A stretch of DNA of 60,006 bases, the filler included, from Globobulimina sp. (lineage: Eukaryota), in assembly GCA_003354225.1 (NCBI GenBank). It is 14 parts of 14 records of this genome, joined end to end, with 100 filler letters (N's around TTAATTAATTAA, not from the genome) between each part and the next. Parts side by side here need not be neighbours in the genome. Positions count along the whole stretch, not along the records: positions 12,890 to 17,084 come from PIVH01001487.1; positions 17,185 to 21,379 come from PIVH01001488.1; positions 21,480 to 25,673 come from PIVH01001489.1; 11 more parts are not named here. One strand, written 5' to 3'. This document shows, piece by piece, positions 13,300-25,773 of this stretch. The position numbers and the translations under genes are program-made. The notes beneath the pieces are model-generated. The model was not told where the DNA came from. It saw only the letters and a list, made by a program, of their open reading frames with translations, and did no database searches. Each line of letters begins with the position of its first letter. Positions within the stretch are counted from its first letter, which is position 1.

Positions 13300-15024
13300 T
13301 TAATTACCCATCATCATTTGCTCAAATTTACTTTTTGGTTTTGTTTCATCGTTTTTTCTAAATTCCGTATATCTTCCACAATTATCCAACATTTTGACCA
13401 GAAAATACCCAGATTTTGAACTCCCAGTTTTAGCAACAATCCATGTTTTCAAATCCTTCCCATCACCATATTTATGCATAGCCCATGACCTTTTCACTAA
13501 CTCCAAATCAGTCTCCATTCTTTGTATGAAAATATCTGCAATTTTCTTTTGATTTTTCTTATAACGTTTGCCTAACATTTGTATTTTTTGCGCATAATAA
13601 TCCGGCGTATCCAATGCATACAAAATGCGAGTTTTGCAGAAATACCCAGCCGTCGATTTTGGCCCTAACTTCTTATCCATAAACACTGTCAAACTGTCCT
13701 TAGATTTCAGCTTAAACTGATCATTCAAAACCTTAATATATTGCACAGAATTCACAGTAAATACCATCACCAATCTCTCCTTTGTCTCACCCTTAAAATT
13801 CTTGGTTGTTAATACAAAATTTAAATCAGAATTAACCGCATTCATATCGACATCGGCTAACTCCTTTCTATGCAAATCAAATATTCCCCCAATCACCTTC
13901 ACCAATGTCTTTTTCTTATCCTTTTGTGCCAATGCTTGCAATTGCTTCTTGACATCCAATTTGCATTTCTTTTTATAGGCATCATGCAATTCCTGTAACT
14001 GAAACATACTGCGACAACAAATAATATCTGCAACAGGCTCAATATCCCAATTTGCGACACATTCACTGATCAATATAGCATCGTACTGAGCTCGCGTCAT
14101 CAATAAACCATGTATTATTTCCAGCGCATGTCCCTTGACAATTATTTTATTGATATCCTTTTCTAAATTTGAGTTATATTGGCTGCGATATGCCTGTATC
14201 AATGTCTGTCGATAGCCCTCCGATCTGGACGTCAACATACTGGCCAACCGATGTTTTAACTGTTTGACCGCCTTTTTGGAATCGATTTTTTGTCCATGCA
14301 ACCATGAATGTACATGCGTAGCTTCGGAATTTGCGTCATAGCCTACATCCAATAATATGGTATCCTTCATTTCTAACACTTGATAGCTATCATCATCACT
14401 GGAGGTGGACTCATCAGAGCCACCATCTGTAGTACGATTCTCATCATCCGACGACATGCTCTTATTACGCGGTTTTGTTTTGTGTTTGATTACAAATGGC
14501 GGTGCCACAGGAGTTGGCTGTTTAAAGCCAGGTAGGTTTGCGATGACACTTCCGATGGTGAAGGAGGGTCTTCTTGTGACGCTCTGACTGTTCTGTGGTA
14601 ATTTAGGGAGTTTGCCTGCTGGTACTGGCTCGCTATAGGTTTGCGTTAACGTTTTGTTGTTTTGTTCAGCTTTTTCTGCGCGTTTTTTGGCTTTTTCTTT
14701 TTCCTTTTTCAATGTATCCACAGCCTGCTCCATTTCATTGATTTGTGTCTTATATTCGTGGATTGTCTCTTGCAATTTGGAGACATCTGTGCGTGCTTTA
14801 CGCAATTGGATATTTGTTGATTTCTTTTGATTCGATATTTGTTGAACTTTGTCAGCTTCTGCGGCTGTGGTTTTCTTGTGTTTAGAAGTTGTTTTTTGTT
14901 TTTGTTTTTGGGCTAATAATTTCTTTTTTAATTGCTCTTTTTCTAATTCTCTTTTCTTTAATAAACTCTCTAATTCTGTTATTCTTTCTTCATTTTCTTC
15001 AGATGGAAAACAAGCTTGACCCAT
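13300..15024 (-). CDS. Divergent annexin with lipidated N-terminus and coiled coil
   Basis: MGQAC start and a Lys/Glu coiled coil, then four annexin-like repeats (LTSRS...LIQAYRSQYNSNLEKDI; YDAILI...IICCRS; IFIQRMETDL...KYG..L..WI). Confidence 0.75.
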   Translation of the reverse strand: MGQACFPSEENEERITELESLLKKRELEKEQLKKKLLAQKQKQKTTSKHKKTTAAEADKVQQISNQKKSTNIQLRKARTDVSKLQETIHEYKTQINEMEQAVDTLKKEKEKAKKRAEKAEQNNKTLTQTYSEPVPAGKLPKLPQNSQSVTRRPSFTIGSVIANLPGFKQPTPVAPPFVIKHKTKPRNKSMSSDDENRTTDGGSDESTSSDDDSYQVLEMKDTILLDVGYDANSEATHVHSWLHGQKIDSKKAVKQLKHRLASMLTSRSEGYRQTLIQAYRSQYNSNLEKDINKIIVKGHALEIIHGLLMTRAQYDAILISECVANWDIEPVADIICCRSMFQLQELHDAYKKKCKLDVKKQLQALAQKDKKKTLVKVIGGIFDLHRKELADVDMNAVNSDLNFVLTTKNFKGETKERLVMVFTVNSVQYIKVLNDQFKLKSKDSLTVFMDKKLGPKSTAGYFCKTRILYALDTPDYYAQKIQMLGKRYKKNQKKIADIFIQRMETDLELVKRSWAMHKYGDGKDLKTWIVAKTGSSKSGYFLVKMLDNCGRYTEFRKNDETKPKSKFEQMMMGN

Positions 15025-15121
15025 GTTGTTGTTGTCTTTGACGAAGGTGACTGTCAGAGAACGCTTTGACGAAGGTATTGCTAACTAAGTGTATATTTAG
15101 CGATATACATGCTATTCAATC

Positions 15122-16809
15122 ATGTCTGCTTTACACATCGTTCTTTTTAATGCATTATTATACTTCACATATGCAGCAGATCCATATGTATGGCCATTAC
15201 CATCCACCTACACAATATCCGCAACTTTAGATTTAAATGTAGATAATACATTCAATATCATCACCACATCAACATCACAAATTTTACAGAAAGCAATTCA
15301 AAGATATATGGATGAGATTATCTTTACGCATAATCCAGATGGTACACCAACATCGCCATTAGTAACCTCATTAGCAGTGACAGCCAAAATACCGGACGAA
15401 ACACTACAATTAGACACTGATGAATCATATACATTGCATATCCAATCTGGTGCATCAAACTTAATAGCAAACACAATATATGGCGCAATGCGTGGTTTAG
15501 AGACATTCTCTCAATTAGTAACATACAATTTCAGTACTGGTTATTATCAAACATCTACCTCAAATATATCAGATACACCACGATTCAAATGGAGAGGAAT
15601 ATTAATTGACACCGGTAGACATTACCTATCCGTACGCGCAATAAAACGCTTATTAGAATCCATGTCTTATGCCAAATTAAACGTATTACATTGGCATATT
15701 GTGGAGACCCAATCCTTTCCCTATGTATCCAAAGTATATCCCAAATTATCCTCCGCTGCTCCGTTTGATAAATACCAACGCTTTTCACTGAATGATATTG
15801 CAGAAACTGTTAGTTATGCTCAAGAGAGAGGCATTCGAGTTGTGCCAGAATTTGACATTCCAGGTACGGTATGCATGCAAATTGAAATCAAGCACATTGA
15901 GTCACATATAAATAGGTCATACTGGTTCTTGGTGTTATGGGCATCCCGAGATTTGTCCCAATCCGGCATGCAACACTGCTCATAACGAGCAAGATAGTCC
16001 CGACGGGATATTGAATCCTGCCAACAACTTTACGTATGAATTGATTGAGGGCTTATTCAACGAAGCTACCACTGTTTTTGTGGATAATTATTTCCATATA
16101 GGCGGCGATGAGACAGATACTAAATGTTGGGATGAGACGCCTGAAGTGGTGCGATGGGAGAAAGCAAATGGATTTAATGACAAGGAAGCATTGTTGTATT
16201 TTAATAAACGTGCGTTGGATATTGTGAATAATAAGTTAGTACACCGCAAGAAGGCAGTACAATGGGATGAAATGTTCACGGAGTTTTCCGCGGATATTTC
16301 CAACACTGATACCACCATTCAAGTGTGGCATGGTGCAAATTTGATTGGTGAGGTGGTGGCTGCTGGCTTTGCAGGCATTTTCTCGCCAAATGCGGAATGG
16401 TATTTGGATTATTTAGCAACCAATTGGACCACTATGTATTCCACAGAACCTGCACAGTATGTTAAAAATCCAGACGATGAGAAGTTGTTATTGGGTGGGG
16501 AAGGTATTTTTATTTTTATTTATATTTGATGTGAATGTGGTGTATATATTTTAATAATGTTTGTTAGGTTGTATGTGGGGTGAGACAGTGGATGCTTCTG
16601 ATTTAGAACAGACTGTATGGCCAAGAATGGCTGCTATTGCAGAAAGGTTATGGTCTCCAAGGAGTGTCAATTCCATTGCAAAGGCAGAACCAAGATATGC
16701 ATATTTCCGTTGTTTATTAAATCAGCGTGGTGTGGAAGCAGCGCCGTATAAAAATCCAGCGGCTAGAGCAGCCCCACATGGACCTGGAAGTTGTGCAAAC
16801 CAAAGGTAA
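15122..16809 (+). CDS. Beta-N-acetylhexosaminidase, GH20 (3 exons)
   Basis: Exons 15122-15863, 15916-16503 and 16568-16809. Motifs RGILIDTGRH, KLNVLHWH, PEFDIPGH (spans the splice), HIGGDE, GGEGCMWGE and WPRMAAIAERLWS; signal peptide. Confidence 0.95.
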
Positions 16810-16941
16810 ACATAATTTATAACATATTATTATTAATTATTCTACGCTAACATATTATTAACAGTCTGAAACAGAAACGCTAAAAACTAGAAACGCTCAG
16901 TGGCACACAAACAAAGTGTACAAAAACAAACACAAACAATT

Positions 16942-17084
16942 TTACATCATCATTTTTTCAAATTTAGACATTCCACCAGGTTTTTTATTTTGTGGACTAT
17001 TCATTTTATTAAACTCCGCATATCTTCCACAATTATCCAACATTTTACATAAAAAAAACCCAGCTTTACTACCAGATGATTTAG
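16942..17084 (-). CDS. 3' end of a second annexin paralog (absent from the ORF track)
   Basis: Minus strand reads KSSGSKAGFFLCKMLDNCGRYAEFNKMNSPQNKKPGGMSKFEKMMM*, closely matching the C-terminus of 13300-15024 (KTGSSKSGYFLVKMLDNCGRYTEF...SKFEQMMMGN). Confidence 0.85.
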
Positions 17085-17184
17085 NNNNNNNNNNNNNNNN
17101 NNNNNNNNNNNNNNNNNNNNNNNNNNNNTTAATTAATTAANNNNNNNNNNNNNNNNNNNNNNNNNNNNNNNNNNNNNNNNNNNN

Positions 17185-17300
17185 GTGACAAACAATTCAA
17201 ATCGCTATCGCGACCTCGACGTCTCAATCCAAGCGAAATGGATGATGATGACATAGAACTCAACGATGATTTAGAAGAAGGTTCAGAAGTACCAGTATAA
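17185..17300 (+). CDS. 3' end of an unknown gene (acidic tail)
   Basis: Open frame KQFKSLSRPRRLNPSEMDDDDIELNDDLEEGSEVPV* from the contig edge, followed by a T-rich 3' region. Confidence 0.45.
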
Positions 17301-17522
17301 CAACAATAACTTTTGTGGTTGCTTCATTGTTTTTAATTTTTATATATTTATTTAAAGCCTTTTGTGGTTCTTATGTTCTAACTTTGTTTTTTGTTAATAT
17401 TCATCGGTGTTACTAGTAACTAAAAACAGAGCACAAAAAAAAACCTTCCCACCATTGCCTCCTTATCACCAGTGAAATAGACGAAATCCAACTGGTAATT
17501 TGTGAATCTTGTGTTCACAGAA

Positions 17523-20500
17523 ATGGCATCAAAAATGGACGACAGACTGTCGTTATACGAGTGTATTCGCGACAAAATCAGCGACTATTTTATGAAGCAA
17601 TCATACACGGCGTCCGCAGATTTAATGAGCATATTTGGCTCAATCTTAGGCGACAAAATGTTATGGAATTTATTAATTAAAGGTTTATTCCATCATTTAC
17701 ATTATATCCCAAAAATCCAATTAAACCTAATCAACGAACAATTATCATCGCGAATATCAGACTTACAGCACAAACAAATACAACAACGAGAATTAGCCCT
17801 AGAAATCAAACATTTATACAGCAAATCCATAATGAACGGCAACAAAAACAAAAAAAAAGTACAAAAGGGAGCAAACTCTGACAACAAAGACAGCGACGGC
17901 GACGACAGCGATGCGTCAAATCATTCCCTCTCGAAACCCAAATCCAAGCACAGCAACAAAAAACAACTCAGTTAAACACAGCGACCTACAACGCCATCCA
18001 CTCTCTGTATACGTATACAATTCACCCCCAACACACAGAATTGCTGAAGACAGACGTGGCCTCTTTGAAGAACGCCACCTTATTATTATCCGAGAATTTT
18101 AGCACTTTGCGATATGTCAACAACTTATCCGACGATATGTGGATCAAAATCTTCCAATATTTAGATTTGTACTCCATCTTAAAATGCGAGCGGACGTGCC
18201 ATTATTTCTGCCGCGTCACCTCCAACAATCCGGCCTGTTTCACCAACTTCAAATACTCCTTCTGTCCCTCCAACAGATCGTACATGTTCCGCCATTACCA
18301 GCGCCTCAACGGTATCAACGACCCTTTTTACCGATTCCGCCATTCCACCAAAGTGCATTTATCCTTTTGGAGCAAAGAAAACTACGAATTCCGCCTCTTG
18401 ACCGCGTTCGGCGACCGCTTCCGAAATGTGCGCTCGCTCACAATCGAAGTGAACCGCGAGTCGCCTTTGGTGGATTTGTCCCAATTGGTCAAGAAATACA
18501 GCAACTTTTTCGTGTCCATCCGGAGCGTCGTGATCTGTGTCCATGGCTTAGGTCAACCGCATCCCAACCCCCATAACCGAATGATCACTTTGTACAAATC
18601 GCTCATCTCATTCATCCTCATCCGCTGCAGCTTCATCCGCACGCTCACCTTAAATTACTCGCTGTTGACGCAGTGTTATCGCCACGTGTCGTCCTGCTTG
18701 GAATTGACGCAGATCCTGTGCATCAACAGCAAGTCGCAGCTATTCAACGACCATAAACAGATCCAAGACGACGATTTTAGTAACATCATTATCTTTAAAA
18801 TGAACAACTCGGTGAACGACATCGTCAATGACGGCATGGCCGATGCAAATAATATAGCGGTGGATGACAATGTGGAGGATCGGCATAGTCGACATCGCCA
18901 TTCCCATCGTCATCGCCATTCCCATTCCCATCGACATCGCCATGACGAGGACGAGGACGACAATAAGATGAAAATCATCAAATTGGGCAACATCGAGACG
19001 CAGATTCAGCGCGAGATTAAGATCATTTTTTATCGACGACATGTCCGCTACTCATTTTTGTCTTATTTCCATAACCATATAAGGTCCATCCACGTGCATA
19101 ACAGCATGGGCTTTAGCAATGACATCGAGTCGCCGGAGTCGCGCCGATTGAATCTGGACACCGCCTTCGGTGAATATGAGTTCTTGGAAGAGCTCTGTCT
19201 CTACAATGTGAGCAACAAAATCTCCACTTTCGTCAATTCGCATTGCAGAAATTGCCCGATAATGAACAAAATGAATATCATATTTGACAGCAACAAGAAT
19301 GTGTATAACGCGGATCAGTTACACAAAACCATCAAAGTTTTGTTGTTTAATACCGACCAAAACCATCAAAGTAGGAATCAATTTCGATTCAATACTAACC
19401 ATTCAAACGACAATTCGTTGAATAACAACGCCACGGAGCCGCCGCCGACGCAGACGACGCACGGATTGGATTACGAAGAGGAGGAAGTGGAGGACGACAA
19501 TGCCGAAAATAAGACAGATTCGACGGGAGCCAGCGACAATAATATCGACGGCGAGTTGTATTTGTACGGCGGCTATAATCGACGCGGCTTAATCCCGAAA
19601 TTGATGAGGAAATACTTGAATATCATCACTTTAAATTGCGACATCTCGTCCAATGTCAAGCTATTGAGCAACATCGAGAAAACGTTCGAAATCATCGCCA
19701 ATGAGTTAGGCATTGCGGGCTATGCGCAGTACGCCAATGAGAACAGTGTGAATTCCTTGTTTTTGCAGTTGAATTTATTTGTGCACATTCACATCGATGT
19801 GGAGTGTAACAACACGGACGAAATTAAGAAGTTGTTACAGTTATTGAAGCATAAATATTTCCAATGCGATTACACTTCGTATCATATCATCGCGAGGAAA
19901 ATGCATCGCGTTTCGACGCCGAAAACCAAAGTGTCCAAAGCTGAGAGCATTGCGAACAAACCACACAAAGGCGGCCGGACCTTCTCTTTGAACGCGTTGG
20001 CGATGAAAGCGACGAAATCCAAGTTTACCTTTAAAAATAATAACATTGCAATCGATAACAATGAGCAGAAGCAAGTCGCTGTGACTATCCATCCCGAAAA
20101 AGAAGCGAATTCGGCCACGTCCACGCCGCGCACTGCAAATTCGGACAATATCAATCTGGAGAAGATGGCGAGTGATCCGGCGCTGATTTATCAGAACAAA
20201 CTGGAGAACCACGACGAGAATGGACCGACGTTGATCAGTCCCTCGATTTTGCACAGACAGACCGGGGTTGGTTGCGGAGAGATTGACGACGGCAACAAAT
20301 CGGATGGCGGTTCTTCGTCGAACACGGGCTCTGGCATCAATTTCAAAGACGCGATGAATAAAATGAAATTATTTCGCAAATCTGTACAGAAATTAATTAA
20401 ATCCAATGCGGACCCCAACCATTCACAGAATAATAACGGGAATAACAATGATGATGAGGCGAAGGCAAATGATAATAATATGAATAAAAGAGCAGCAAAT

Positions 20501-20653
20501 GCTCCGTTTCATCATTCGCCGAATCAGATCTTGCGGTTTATGAAGAAAGCGACTATTCACTGCGAGGATGTATCGTGGATTTGTGACTGTAAATATGCTC
20601 AATGTTCGAGCAAATATAGAACGTTATATAATGATAATAATAGCAAACAATAA
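17523..20653 (+). CDS. F-box protein with LRR-like region, His/Arg tract and Asn-rich low-complexity segments (2 exons)
   Basis: Exons 17523-17970 and 18039-20653 (68-nt intron, in frame). F-box NNLSDDMWIKIFQYLDLYSILKCERTCHYF; tract HSRHRHSHRHRHSHSHRHRH. Confidence 0.75.
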
Positions 20654-21479
20654 TTATATTTTTTTGTTTTTCTAAATAATTAGTATTTGTATTTTCTTTG
20701 TGTCCATATTACTGCAACCCACAACAAAAAAAAACAAAACAAAAAACAATTATTTATTACATAACATATCAATTATTTTGTTTTTCGTGTTGTGTTGTAA
20801 TAATCTTTTTTTTTCCTCCTATGACCTATGTGTTGTGCAAGAGACTCTTTTTGTGTTATGAATTCATTTGGAAATATTATTTTTTTTTGTGAGTTTCTTC
20901 TTTTCTTCTTGTTTTTGATGCTGTTTTTTAATATTTTTCTGTTACTTTGTTTCCTTCTGATTGATGTTTTGCTGCCTAAAAAATGACGATTGGTGTATTT
21001 AGTTTATGGATCACAACTGTGAAAACAGCATAATTTCAGAAATATCCAATACTGTATTATGCTATAGACATGTTCCTGTTCTAAATGCATATTAGAACAG
21101 TTTGATCAACATTTCGCCCCACTTGGCAAGGCCAATCATGACTTATTATTACTGTTTCCATTTGTATACGTCTGACTATGTTTTCATACACACAATCACA
21201 TACACTGCACCATTTAATATTGTATGCTCATTTCACCCACCATACTGTACTAGCAAACGAAAACAAAACTAGCAACAGTAGCAACATAAAGCATGGGAGC
21301 TATAAATTTTGCTGTGTATATAAAGCCAAAAGCATTAGAATTTGTTCCAAAACGTTGTAATTATTATCCTACGTTATCTNNNNNNNNNNNNNNNNNNNNN
21401 NNNNNNNNNNNNNNNNNNNNNNNTTAATTAATTAANNNNNNNNNNNNNNNNNNNNNNNNNNNNNNNNNNNNNNNNNNNN

Positions 21480-22137
21480 ATTACAGACAATGATGGTAAC
21501 TTAACCGCTAACATTGAATCTGATATTAAAGATAATCAGCTGAAACCGTCCAAAACTAAAACTTCTTGAATACGTTTTTGATGATGTATTTTAGTATTCT
21601 GTTAGAAACACATTGTTTTTAAAATCCCCAAATTAATTCGGAACTCGGTTTTCCAAACGATTTTCATGCTCACCATCGACAAGCGATAAATTCCATGTGT
21701 TTAACCGCTAAAAATGAACAAGAAATTGAATCAGCGATCAAAACAGTAAATAATCCAAATGACATAAATTCAATTGTGATAAAAGATGAAGATGAAGATG
21801 AAGAAAAAGAGATTAATGATATCGATGTGTCCTCGAGTCGCAATTTGATGAATGGAATGATTATAAGGAAATTAAGGATGGCATTTATCGATATTTCAAA
21901 GCAGGTTCGATATCAAAACATAAATTTGCACCAATAATTTATAATCAATATGACAAATATTTTGCATTGAAACAATATGATTATAAGCAACATAGTCAAC
22001 ATACCGGTAATCGACATATGATCACCACAGAAATAGAAAACAAATTAAAAATAGTGCAACTTTACAGATTATTTATTTTTTCAGCATTATTAATGAGTGA
22101 TGAATCTGGCTACGGATTGTCACTTTTGTTCGCATAG
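21480..22137 (+). CDS. 3' part of a spliced hypothetical gene
   Basis: Open frames from the contig edge through ORF 21695 to ...FSALLMSDESGYGLSLLFA* (TAG at 22135-22137). Intron boundaries not resolved. Confidence 0.4.
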
Positions 22138-22317
22138 CAAAAATTAATTTTGGTGTTTAAATATATATATACCAATCCATGTAAATTTGTATATACCACC
22201 TTTTTTGTTGAATGTAATTAAATTTGTATATTACAATTATATTGCACAAATCCGATCCGATCCAAACCCGAAATCTAAGCAGTGTAAGCTACTAATACTG
22301 CACGTTTAGTTAAAGCA

Positions 22318-24316
22318 ATGTCATCTCTTTTTCAGGTTCGATTGTCCAACAGATCTATCACTCATAAAATAGTCAACCTGCATCCATATACATCCATATT
22401 ATCCATTCATCAAAAATACTGTCTACACCACGGCCATTACTCTATCATCGACCATAGATTCAAAAACCGGTATTTTTCAACCAAAACAAAAGATATTAAT
22501 GACGAAATTGATCAAGAATTACAAGATATTGATGATGATAAACACAACATAAAAAAGAAAAAAGAGGACATAAAATTTGAGTTCAATCAAGATTTTGATG
22601 ATTTTGAATCATTTCAAAAGCGGCAAAAAATGCAACAGAACAAACTTAACAGTGATACAAGTAATTATTATCATGAATATTTTAGCAACAAAGCCAAAAG
22701 TGGTCCGTATGTTTTTTGAATTGAAATTTTTCGAAATTTCTCAATGTTTATATGTTTTCATTATAGAAACAGACGAATTTGTGGATTCTGAATCTGAAAG
22801 AAGGAAATTAAAAAAACCCAAAACTGCAAAAGGAAAACGGCAAACCGATCAAGAAAAGATTGAAGAATCGGAAACTTCGCGTTTGAAAATAGAATATCGC
22901 ATAATTGGCGGAGTTATCTTATTTTTTACATCATTGATTGGATATTATTTTTATTATATTTCAGGTTCAAAAATAGGAAAAGCCGATACTTACTATAAAA
23001 CCGCAATTGATTACGAATTAGAAAACGATATAAATAAATCCGATTATTATTATCAAAAAGCATTGGAATACACAGATTATTCATATCCAAAATATTTGCA
23101 TAAATATGCTCAATTTTTGTTATATAAAAAAGAGGATTATATGGCAGCGGAACATTACATCACCAAAGCACTGGGATTGCATGCTACAAATGCTATTTAT
23201 CATAAATTTTACTGTATTTTATTAAAATATCAAATTGAAAAATATGGCAATATTGATAGATTGCAAGATTATCATTTTCAGAAAATACATACAATAAATG
23301 CACATATTCAAGAAGCAAAATATTTTTTAAATGAAGAAAACAATGAAAAAGCAGCCGTTATGCATTTTGATTATGCTTTGAATTTTTGCGACGAAACAAT
23401 TAAATCTGACAAATCCGATGAATCTGATAACTCCGTCGACGAAAACGTTATAAAAATAAAAGAAAACGTTTCTGAAATGAAGAAATATAAAATAAAAACA
23501 TATCAAGATTCAGCAAATTTATTACAAGAATATCGATTCAGTGAAAGTGCAGAGAAATATTGGCAGGATGGAATAAAAGAGTTTGGCTAAGAAATACATG
23601 TCCGATACGGCGTATTTTTATATCAACAGCAAGAGTTTGAGAAAGCAATGGAAATATTTGATATTTATTGCGATGGAAATGAAGCAAGTCATGGAACTGC
23701 ACAGGTGTTTAAAGCCAGAATTTTGTTGGAAACTGGCCAATATAAACAAGCATTGGATTTATATTCATCCATTTTGGCATCCATTGGTTTTTTGGATCCG
23801 ATGATCATTGGCGATATGGTTTATATCTTGATTGAAATGAATAAAATAAATCAAGCAAAAGATTTAATGAAACAGGTTATTGTTTTAATTAAGAAATTAA
23901 CAAAAACTGAAGATTTAATGAACGATGTTGACAATACTTATTTAAATATGATCAACATTTTATTAAAAGGTAAATTAAATGAAATTGAAATGGCAAATTA
24001 TCAATGTTTAGAAATGGTAAATAAATATCCATCGGATTTTGAAGTAAATTATTATGCGGCTTTATATTATCATAAATATGCAAAAAATTATGACAAAGCG
24101 GATAGATATTATCGAAATGCAATATCTGTTGAAGATCAATGGGCAAAAGTTTATTATAATTATTCTTTATTATTCTTACAAAATAATGACAAGGCGCAAT
24201 TCTTAAAATATATTAAAATTGCATATCAAAAGAATTCAAAAATACCTTTCATTAAAAATTTATATCAAAATTATTTTGATGAGGATGGCAGGATATTACC
24301 AAATGCACTCAATTGA
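22318..24316 (+). CDS. Probable mitochondrial single-TM TPR protein; contains an in-frame TAA at 23588-23590
   Basis: Presequence-like N-terminus (...NRYFST), intron at about 22703-22766, TM IIGGVILFFTSLIGYYFYYI, then TPR helices. ORFs 22577 and 23648 share one frame separated by a single TAA. Confidence 0.7.
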
Positions 24317-24430
24317 TTGATTAAATTCTTGTTTTTAACAACCTCACGGATATTGATTGTTTGATCATAATCATATAGGTTTACATTTTTTAATCTTTCG
24401 AAAAAGATGTATTTACTTTTTAGATCCTAT

Positions 24431-24571
24431 TGACTTTTTAGGTTCACACTTCTGAACACTTCTTTTGTGATTGGCAAGGTTTTTGGGTTAGCTAGAGTGG
24501 TTTTCAACCTAGTATTCGAATCCTAGTATTCAACTTTGAAGTGTGTTTAGAAGTGTGAACCTAAAAAGTCA
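24431..24571. mobile_element. Candidate 141-bp MITE
   Basis: Perfect 23-bp terminal inverted repeat TGACTTTTTAGGTTCACACTTCT (24431-24453 / 24549-24571), extending imperfectly inward. Flanked by TAT on both sides (24428-24430, 24572-24574). Non-coding, between convergent genes. Confidence 0.6.
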
Positions 24572-24669
24572 TATGTATCGTTATCACCATGATAATCTAA
24601 AAGATAATCGTTGAAACGACACGAAACTAACAAGTTACAAAAATTGAAGCGTTTTACAGAAAACAAAAG

Positions 24670-25568
24670 TCATAGTTCCTGTTTATTTTGATTTGGATTA
24701 ATAACGGATGAGAATACCGTCAAAATGTTTATTCTTTTTTGAAACCATTTTTCTTTATCTTTTCTTAAATTTGCACTCATTAATATTCCAACCAATCTTT
24801 GACTCTCTTTATGAACCCATTCATTATTATTATTTATAATTTTTGCCATTACTTTAATATAATATTTGGCTGATTTATATTCTCCATTTTTATGTTTATC
24901 ATATTTATCTAAGTATTCTTTAGCAATTTTACCGATTTCATCTCTTTTAGTTTCATCATTTTCGTATTTTATAAAATCATTCACTAATTCATCAAATTCT
25001 GAGATGCAACCTTCTAAACCTAAATAAACACCATTTGATTGAATCCATTGTAATAAATTACCATTTATACTTTGATCATATTTCTGTGGTGATTCTGAAT
25101 CTTTATTTTTTAAAAATAATCGATATGAAGGCATATCATCCGGTATAATACCATAATGTTCACATAATTGTTCATTCCCATTATCATCAGAACCATCACC
25201 ACCACCACCCATTCCATAGTAATCATAATCCTCTTCATCTCCGTATAAATTTATGGAAACTTCTGCCATTATTATATTGCCTTTATCTCCGACTTCATAT
25301 CCTAATGTTTCCCACTATTTATTAATTATTTTAATTGTACTCACAAAATAACTCAAAATAAGTAAAAATGATAGGATACCTCCTCTGCCTCCTCACCATG
25401 CGAATGTTTGTCACCAAATCTAACAATGATATTATGTGATCCATCCACGATTTTGGGAAAGGATACACCGTCTAGCTCAACTATTCCTGGTGGCGGACCT
25501 TGGCCATTTGCAGTTGTGATGCAAATAACTAAAAGTGTTGCTAGTTCGAATAAACGCAATAAAGACAT
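24670..25568 (-). CDS. ERP29: ERp29/Windbeutel-like ER protein (2 exons)
   Basis: Exons 25568-25380 and 25314-24670 (65-nt intron). Signal peptide, VELDGVSFPKIV, MAEVSINLYG, LGLEGCISEFDEL, YYIKVM, ESQRL, KRINIL..F and C-terminal KQEL retention signal; no CxxC. Confidence 0.85.
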
Positions 25569-25773
25569 TATCAAACTTTAGTTTTTCAACAAGCAGTTTT
25601 TTATAGGCAAAAAAAAAAAGAATATATCAGCACTTTAGAATAGAACGTGTTTAGAAGGCAACATCCGCCCATTNNNNNNNNNNNNNNNNNNNNNNNNNNN
25701 NNNNNNNNNNNNNNNNNTTAATTAATTAANNNNNNNNNNNNNNNNNNNNNNNNNNNNNNNNNNNNNNNNNNNN

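Noticed and set aside
16916-17140. ORFs ending in XXXX-LIN or XXXX-N (also those at 25722, 33291, 42890, 47181, 51036 and 51476)
   Set aside because: Their ends are translations of the spacer. The 16916 ORF is only the antisense of the annexin paralog tail.
23588-23590. Ciliate-type TAA/TAG reassignment
   Set aside because: Many well-conserved genes here terminate at TAA or TAG at the expected position, and their ORFs otherwise lack internal stops.
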